A DNA stretch of 64,000 nucleotides, taken from NCBI GenBank assembly GCA_041748615.1, contig JBGTCY010000015.1, positions 9,040 through 73,039 of the forward strand, given 5' to 3'. The position numbers and the translations under genes are program-made. Position 1 is the stretch's first letter. Every line of letters begins with the position of its first letter. This document shows, piece after piece, positions 58,700-64,000 of this stretch. A model generated the notes under the pieces. That model did not search any database. It was not told where the DNA came from and saw only the letters and a list, made by a program, of their open reading frames with translations. The DNA is from Chitinophagales bacterium. Lineage in GTDB: Bacteria; Bacteroidota; Bacteroidia; Chitinophagales; CAIOSU01.

Positions 58700-58970
58700 G
58701 TTGATAGTTTTTTAAGACTCAACACAAGTCTGCCCTGTTATACGCTAAAGGAACGTCAAAAGCTACGGACATTCCTCTTTCAGCACATAAACTAAGCAAC
58801 TCACGCCTTGAGTTGAGCCATGTTAATAGGGAGAGACGGGATAATGAAAATTAACGGAAGCCTATCTGAGCTTCTTCTTGTGCCTGTTTTTACGCAACCG
58901 CTTTTTTCTTTTGTGGGTTGCCATTTTATGGCGCTTCCTTTTTTTACCGCTTGGCATAAGCTTTCTGTTT

Positions 58971-59798
58971 TTAAGAATTCTTTAGTTTGTCAATATACTT
59001 CCCGATTTCATCTGAAAATTCGGGGCTTTTTACATGTAACTTGCATTGCTCTAACATTTCAATGGCTTTGGGAATGTTGCCCAAGCCTTCGTAAGCTTCT
59101 GCGAGGTAAAGGTAAGCCTCGACATTCATTGAGTCCGTAAGAAGTACTTTTTCCAACCGTTGAACGGCTCTGTCATATTGACCTGATATTATCCCGTATC
59201 TCCCTAAAATTAAATTAGCCGTTATATTATCAGGGTCATTATCCGTTATTTCTCTGAGCAGCATCACGCCTTTCATCACATTACTCGTAGAACCCTCCAT
59301 GTAGGCGACCGCCATGTTGATTTTGGCATCCGTGTTTTCCGGGTCGGCTTCCAACACTTTTTCATAACAAACTACGATGTTGCTCAAGATATATTGATTC
59401 AGTGACTCATTGCCGGAGGAAAAGGCTGTTTTATACAAATCACCCGCTGCCTTATCCCACTGCTGATTCAGTGCCGCGATTTCCATGCTGACGAACGCAG
59501 CCGGTATTTCCAAATCATTTGCTTCCAGTAATTGCACAATTTCATTCAAAACTGAAATTTTATCTTCGCCTGATTCCATGTTTTCTCGCAACTCAAAATA
59601 TTTTGTTTTTTGTTCTTCCGGCAGTTTATCCAATTCCTCCGCCAGATACACATCGTAATCGAAATCGCTCTCTATCGCTGAGGCAACAGCCACCTTTTCT
59701 GGATTTCTTTTTTCGGGGGACTGAAGGGGTCCGAAAAAATAAATCCCGGCTATGAGGGCAATACTTCCTAATCCTAATGTGACTTGTCCGGTGGTCAT
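58971..59798 (-). CDS. Tetratricopeptide-repeat protein with N-terminal membrane anchor
   Basis: One N-terminal TM helix, then TPR-like repeats (...AEAYEGLGNIPKAIEMLEQ...). Confidence 0.65.
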   Translation of the reverse strand: MTTGQVTLGLGSIALIAGIYFFGPLQSPEKRNPEKVAVASAIESDFDYDVYLAEELDKLPEEQKTKYFELRENMESGEDKISVLNEIVQLLEANDLEIPAAFVSMEIAALNQQWDKAAGDLYKTAFSSGNESLNQYILSNIVVCYEKVLEADPENTDAKINMAVAYMEGSTSNVMKGVMLLREITDNDPDNITANLILGRYGIISGQYDRAVQRLEKVLLTDSMNVEAYLYLAEAYEGLGNIPKAIEMLEQCKLHVKSPEFSDEIGKYIDKLKNS

Positions 59799-60100
59799 TC
59801 TGATTCTTTCTTGGGCTTTTTCACGGATTTTTTCACCGCGTTGGAGAATACTTTCGCGGGCTTAAACACCGGAATATAATGTTCCGGAATTTCAATAGCG
59901 ACATTCTTTTTAATATTCCTGCCGATTTTTTTCGCCCGCTTTTTCACGACAAAACTTCCAAACCCTCTGATGTAAATGTTCTCACCTTCCCTGAGCGCGG
60001 TTTTGATTTCTTTAAAAAAAGATTCGAGCACAACCAGCACGTCCACTTTGGCAATCCCTGTCTTGTCGGAAATATTATTGATTAGGTCGGCTTTTCTCAT
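59795..60100 (-). CDS. HU/IHF family DNA-binding protein
   Basis: MRKADLINNISDKTGIAKVDVLVVLESFFKEIKTALREGENIYIRGFGSFVVKKRAKKIGRNIKKN.AIEIPEHYIPVFKPAK. The Lys-rich tail overlaps the downstream TPR gene by 4 nt. Confidence 0.9.
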   Translation of the reverse strand: MRKADLINNISDKTGIAKVDVLVVLESFFKEIKTALREGENIYIRGFGSFVVKKRAKKIGRNIKKNVAIEIPEHYIPVFKPAKVFSNAVKKSVKKPKKESE

Positions 60101-60280
60101 AGCTTACTTATTAAAAAAAATAATTTTAAATGGTTGGGGCGACAAAATTCATAAATTTTTCCCAATAAATGAAGGTCTTTCTGTTTTAAATGCAAAATAA
60201 GATGAAAACATTCTACCGTTCCTTTGAAGTTTTAACTTAAAATTTAAAGCAGTTCGCTATTTTTGGCGCAAATTTTAAAC

Positions 60281-60661
60281 ATGAATTTTCCTGAAAATTT
60301 AAAATACACCAAAGACCACGAGTGGTTGAAGATTGAAAACGACCATGCCCTGATTGGGATTACCGATTTTGCACAGAGAGAGTTAGGTGACATTGTGTAT
60401 GTCGAAATTGAAACTTTGGATGAAACCCTTGAAAAAGAAACTATTTTCGGTACCGTTGAGGCGGTGAAAACCGTTTCTGACTTGTTCATGCCGGTATCAG
60501 GCACCATCGTAGAAATCAACCCAGAAATCAGCGCTTCCCCCGAGGTGGTCAATCAAGACCCTTATGGTAAGGGTTGGATGATTAAAGTGAAACTCACCAA
60601 TCCGGGTGAGATTGATGAGTTGATGGATGCCGAAGCATATAAGGCGTTGGTTCAGGCTTAG
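60281..60661 (+). CDS. gcvH: Glycine cleavage system protein H
   Basis: Starts [17 protein letters not shown]. The lipoyl-Lys motif reads [12 protein letters not shown]. The ATG at 60281 is preferred over the TTG at 60263. Confidence 0.93.
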   Translation: MNFPENLKYTKDHEWLKIENDHALIGITDFAQRELGDIVYVEIETLDETLEKETIFGTVEAVKTVSDLFMPVSGTIVEINPEISASPEVVNQDPYGKGWMIKVKLTNPGEIDELMDAEAYKALVQA

Positions 60662-60739
60662 ACGATTATAAAACCTCAAATCCGCAATCAAACCATATAA
60701 ACATCATTTATTTAAGTGAGCAAGTATTGCGCTTTTTTT

Positions 60740-60774
60740 AAGACCTTATAGGTTTCAAAAACCTATAAGGTCTT
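60740..60774 (+). terminator. Long perfect hairpin downstream of gcvH (terminator or repeat unit)
   Basis: AAGACCTTATAGGTTT pairs with AAACCTATAAGGTCTT, giving about 16 bp of perfect complementarity around a minimal loop. T-rich sequence on both flanks. Confidence 0.6.
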
Positions 60775-60787
60775 TGCGGATTTAAGG

Positions 60788-60964
60788 TAAAATTAAACTT
60801 AGGAACAAATTGTTGTTTTTTAAGCGCCAAGAAACAATTCACAAAAAAACAAATAATATTAATTCTAAAAATTTAAATAACAAATCAATACAGACTCACG
60901 GTTACGTTGGTTTGAAGATTTTTTTTGTTATTGGAATTTATTTGTGATTTGTAATTTCAATTTC
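60788..60964 (-). repeat. ~177-nt AT-rich intergenic element, copy B (inverted relative to copy A)
   Basis: The reverse complement aligns along its length with 20708-20884. Confidence 0.8.
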
Positions 60965-61011
60965 AGTCAATAGACGAACACCCTGCCTGAACAGCTTTTT
61001 AACACCATTTG

Positions 61012-61395
61012 ATGTCTCTGAAAATTATCCTGCCACCTGTTTTGTGGGCGATGGTCATCTTCCTGCTTACCATGATGCCGGGTAAATATGTTGCCCCTGC
61101 GAATATCTGGGACCTGGCGAACTTTGACAAACTCGCGCATGCGGTGGTTTTTGCCATTTTAGCTTTTTTATCTATCCGTCTTTTTTTGAAACAATTTTGG
61201 TCTGATGGATTGCGTTCAAACGCTATTTTATGGACTTTCCTGATTTGCGCATCTTACGGTTTGTTGCTGGAAACTATGCAGGGGGGATTATTGAAAGACC
61301 GGTATTTTGAATGGGATGATGTGGCGGCAAACAGCATTGGTTGTGTTTTAGGAATAATTATTTATAAATTTGTGGAAAAGTATCAAATCACCTGA
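61012..61395 (+). CDS. VanZ-like family membrane protein
   Basis: 4 TM helices, with FDKLAHAVVFAIL and a C-terminal DD..AN..G motif. Confidence 0.75.
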   Translation: MSLKIILPPVLWAMVIFLLTMMPGKYVAPANIWDLANFDKLAHAVVFAILAFLSIRLFLKQFWSDGLRSNAILWTFLICASYGLLLETMQGGLLKDRYFEWDDVAANSIGCVLGIIIYKFVEKYQIT

Positions 61396-61398
61396 CTC

Positions 61399-62199
61399 AT
61401 GGTTTCTATCTTACTTCTTCTTGCAGCAGTTATCGGAGCGATTGCGCTGATAGTATTGCTCTTTAAATTTTTATTTGATCGTAATACTTCTGAGCAAATC
61501 ATCCAGAAATACAAAGGAACTCCTGAGAGCAAATCCGTTTATATCAAAAAATATCCTGAATCTGACCCCACTCAATTTACCGGTGTATTCATGCGGGTTG
61601 GACTGGTGTTCGCCCTTGCGCTCGTGATTTTAGCATTTTCATGGACTAAAACAGACAAAACCTCCTCATTGAGCGGTGAATTATTTGTGCCGGATGATTT
61701 TGAAGTGGAACCACCTGCCACACAACGTGAAATACAGCCACCACCACCCCCGCCTCCACCAGAAATTAAAGTGGTGGAAGATGACGAAATCATTGAAGAA
61801 GAGCCTGAAGTATTATTTGAGGAAGTAACGGAGGAATCCGTGATTGAAACAAAAGTGGAGATGATGGAAGAAGTAGTTCAGGAAGATGAAATTTTCACGA
61901 TTGTGGAAGATATGCCTGTATTTCCGGGAGGCGAATCCGCTTTGTTGAAATTTCTCGGCAGCATCCAATATCCCGCGATGGCACGTGAAAATGACATTGA
62001 AGGAACAGTATTCATTCGTTTCGTAGTGGATAAAAATGGAAAGGTGACAAGTGTGGAAGTTGCCAAAGGAGCCGACAGAATTCTGAATGAAGCGGCTTTG
62101 GCACACGTGAAAAAGATGCCTGACTGGGCGCCCGGCAAACAAAGAGGCAAACCGGTGCGTGTGCAGTATATTGTTCCTATCAGATTCAAACTGAACTAA
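61399..62199 (+). CDS. tonB: Energy transducer TonB family protein
   Basis: N-terminal TM anchor, a Pro-rich spacer (QPPPPPPPPE), an acidic linker and a C-terminal TonB domain (MPVFPGGESALLKFL...YP..A.EN.IEGTVFIRFVVDKNGKV..V.V). Confidence 0.88.
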   Translation: MVSILLLLAAVIGAIALIVLLFKFLFDRNTSEQIIQKYKGTPESKSVYIKKYPESDPTQFTGVFMRVGLVFALALVILAFSWTKTDKTSSLSGELFVPDDFEVEPPATQREIQPPPPPPPPEIKVVEDDEIIEEEPEVLFEEVTEESVIETKVEMMEEVVQEDEIFTIVEDMPVFPGGESALLKFLGSIQYPAMARENDIEGTVFIRFVVDKNGKVTSVEVAKGADRILNEAALAHVKKMPDWAPGKQRGKPVRVQYIVPIRFKLN

Positions 62200-62220
62200 T
62201 TCATAACATCTCATGTAAAG

Positions 62221-62249
62221 AGGCTGTTCACCCCGGACAGCCTTTTTTA
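62221..62249 (+). terminator. Rho-independent terminator after tonB
   Basis: AGGCTGT (62221-62227) pairs with ACAGCCT (62237-62243), followed by T6. Confidence 0.7.
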
Positions 62250-62297
62250 TTTGTCAAATCAAGGACTTCTTTAATTTTACCCCCTTAAAATCAAATC

Positions 62298-63170
62298 ATG
62301 CTACGTTCAATGACTGGCTACGGGAAAAGCAGTGCTGCTATCAACGGGAAAAATTTCACGGTGGAAATTCGTTCGCTCAACAGCAAATATTTCGACCTGA
62401 ACTTGAAAGCGCCCCTGATGCTGCGCGAAAAAGAAATCGCTTTGCGGAATAAACTCTCAGAAAAAATTATGCGGGGGAAAGTGGAAACGCTGATTGAAAC
62501 GCCTTTCGGAGAACAAAAACAATTTGCCATCAACCGGAATGCCTTCAAACAATATTTCAGCGAGTTGGAATCTCTGAGAAATGAATTGTCCGTTCCTTCG
62601 GGAAATCTTTTTGAAGCCATCCTGAAAATTCCGGATGTACTTGCCGCCCCCAATGAAAGCTTGGATGAGGAGGGTTTTTTATTGCTGGAAAAAGCGATTG
62701 AATCAGCTTTCTCTTTGTTTGATAAATACAGGTTAACTGAAGGGGAACAATTAGCCAATGATATTACGATGCGGGTAAAAAATATCAGCGATGCCGTTTC
62801 TGAAATCAGCGCATTGGATATCAAAAGAAGGGAGCAGTTAATAACGCGCCTGACTGAGCGGGTAAAAGAATTGAAAGAATCAACGGATTTAGACCCTTCA
62901 AGGTTAGAGCAGGAAATTCTTTTTTACGCGGAGCGGCTTGACATCACGGAGGAAATTGTCAGGCTGAACAGCCATTGCAGTTATTTTCACGAAGTGGTGG
63001 CTGACAAAGAAATTTCCAAAGGGAAAAAACTCTCTTTCATCTCCCAGGAAATCGGCAGGGAAATCAATACCATCGGTTCCAAAGCGAATGATGCCGACAT
63101 GCAGCGATGGGTGATGAGCATGAAAGAAGAATTGGAAAAAATCAAAGAGCAGTTGAATAATGTTTTGTAA
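62298..63170 (+). CDS. yicC: YicC/YloC family endoribonuclease
   Basis: Starts MLRSMTGYGKS. The C-terminal DUF1732-like segment reads ...EIGREINTIGSKAND.......V..K.ELEKIKEQ..NV. Confidence 0.88.
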   Translation: MLRSMTGYGKSSAAINGKNFTVEIRSLNSKYFDLNLKAPLMLREKEIALRNKLSEKIMRGKVETLIETPFGEQKQFAINRNAFKQYFSELESLRNELSVPSGNLFEAILKIPDVLAAPNESLDEEGFLLLEKAIESAFSLFDKYRLTEGEQLANDITMRVKNISDAVSEISALDIKRREQLITRLTERVKELKESTDLDPSRLEQEILFYAERLDITEEIVRLNSHCSYFHEVVADKEISKGKKLSFISQEIGREINTIGSKANDADMQRWVMSMKEELEKIKEQLNNVL

Positions 63171-63218
63171 TAGAGTTTAGATGTGAGATTTTAGATGTTA
63201 GAGAATAGAATTGATTTT

Positions 63219-63309
63219 AGGGCTGTTCTAAAAATTACCATATACCCCTTCTCCTTTGGAGAAGGAAGGGATGAGGCAAATCAAAAAGAGCAATTTTTAG
63301 AACAGCCCT
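63219..63309. repeat. Nested palindromic element: 18-bp perfect inverted repeat enclosing an R1-family hairpin
   Basis: AGGGCTGTTCTAAAAATT (63219-63236) pairs with AATTTTTAGAACAGCCCT (63292-63309). The inner sequence is CCCCTTCTCCTTTGGAGAAGGAAGGGATGAGGC (63245-63277). Confidence 0.85.
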
Positions 63310-63331
63310 TTAGATTTTGAAAAGCGGTTCA

Positions 63332-63901
63332 ATGGAAAAAGTAATTGTATTTACAGCGCCTTCCGGGGCGGGAAAAACCACCATCGTGCACCGGATGCTG
63401 AAGTCGGAGTCAAGATTAGCATTTTCTGTTTCCGCTACCACCCGTCCTCAGCGTGATTACGAAAAGCATGGCAAAGACTACCATTTTCTTACAGCGGAGG
63501 ATTTCAAAAACAAAATCAACACGGGAGCATTTATTGAGTGGGAAGAAGTCTATCCCGGAATTTTTTACGGTACGCTTACCGAAGAGGTCAGCCGCCTTGC
63601 GGCTGATGGAAAAACCGTGGTCTTTGACATTGATGTGCATGGGGCGATGAACATCAAAAAAAAATATGGTGAAAACGCGTTGACCATTTTTGTCAGACCG
63701 CCTAACCTCAATGTGCTGCGCCAAAGACTGATGGCAAGAAAATCAGAATCTGACGAAACCCTGACAAAGCGACTAGAACGGGCGGGATATGAGTTAGGAT
63801 TTGAGCATCAATTCGATTATATTGTAGTAAATGACGACCTCGAAACAGCCGTAATTGAAACACGGGGGATTATTGGCAGGTTTCTTGATTCCACACAGTA
63901 A
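63332..63901 (+). CDS. gmk: Guanylate kinase
   Basis: P-loop APSGAGKTT, plus S.TTR..R..E..G.DY.F and the FIEWEEVY.G.FYGT motif. The ATG at 63332 is preferred. Confidence 0.93.
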   Translation: MEKVIVFTAPSGAGKTTIVHRMLKSESRLAFSVSATTRPQRDYEKHGKDYHFLTAEDFKNKINTGAFIEWEEVYPGIFYGTLTEEVSRLAADGKTVVFDIDVHGAMNIKKKYGENALTIFVRPPNLNVLRQRLMARKSESDETLTKRLERAGYELGFEHQFDYIVVNDDLETAVIETRGIIGRFLDSTQ

Positions 63902-63933
63902 ACTTTTGAAAAATGCGGGCGTATAACAGAACC

Positions 63934-64000
63934 ATGATAACACAAACCACCCAGGGTGTTAAAATTTCCGTGGAATCTTTTTTCCAGCAGGACTACTCGA
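63934..64000 (+). CDS. apaG: ApaG-like (DUF525) protein, 3'-truncated by the window edge
   Basis: Only 22 codons are visible (MITQTTQGVKISVESFFQQDYS). They fit the ApaG N-terminal pattern T.GI.[IV]SV...[YF]....S. Confidence 0.45.
   Translation, partial: MITQTTQGVKISVESFFQQDYS

Noticed and set aside
60101-60280. Possible glycine riboswitch upstream of gcvH.
   Set aside because: The 180-nt leader is very AT-rich and lacks the conserved GGAGAG...CACCG...GGGCAA and CTCTGGAGAG cores of the tandem glycine aptamers.

Overview
This 64 kb chromosomal window is almost certainly from a member of the Bacteroidota. The evidence is two T9SS type-B cargo proteins, three PorP/SprF genes, SprB-type repeats, a PorE-architecture OmpA protein, an atpBEFHAG operon lacking atpDC, and frequent TTG/GTG starts. 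Coding density is high.

Housekeeping genes I recognise:
- DNA replication and repair: nth, recA, dnaN, recG
- Core metabolism: trxA, guaB, hutH, gcvH, gmk
- Energy: atpBEFHAG
- RNA processing, DNA binding and transport: rng, an HU-family gene, tonB, yicC, sugE

Other gene sets:
- A phenylacetyl-CoA epoxidase operon (paaA-paaB-paaC-paaD) with a divergent-side TetR regulator.
- A multi-PAS NarX-type kinase with two NarL-type response regulators and an upstream DUF349 gene.
- Two large T9SS adhesin loci. Locus 1 (10.8-20.7 kb) holds a 1803-aa cargo, two PorP/SprF genes and a PorE-like OmpA protein. Locus 2 (33.1-39.4 kb) holds a PorP/SprF gene followed by a ~1700-aa cargo.

Most noteworthy observations:
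1. Every junction of the paa operon is interrupted. The inserts are a hicB-hicA toxin-antitoxin pair, an AT-rich orphan membrane ORF bounded by 25-nt inverted repeats, a REP-like hairpin, and a 7-mer tandem array.
2. The two giant adhesins share a Cys-rich N-terminal head domain. One carries an internally duplicated, uncharacterised ~185-aa domain. The other carries a ~250-aa poly-glycine/collagen-like tract containing a G8 homopolymer.
3. A ~177-nt AT-rich intergenic element occurs twice in opposite orientation (20.7 kb and 60.8 kb).
4. At least four further families of short interspersed palindromic repeats populate the intergenic regions.
5. guaB is a sharp high-GC island bracketed by repeats.

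I could not support any rRNA, tRNA or CRISPR array. I did not recognise a clearly novel multi-gene defence or secretion system. The candidates above are the items most worth follow-up.

All similarity and GC statements are by-eye estimates from the sequence and the ORF translations, not database results.
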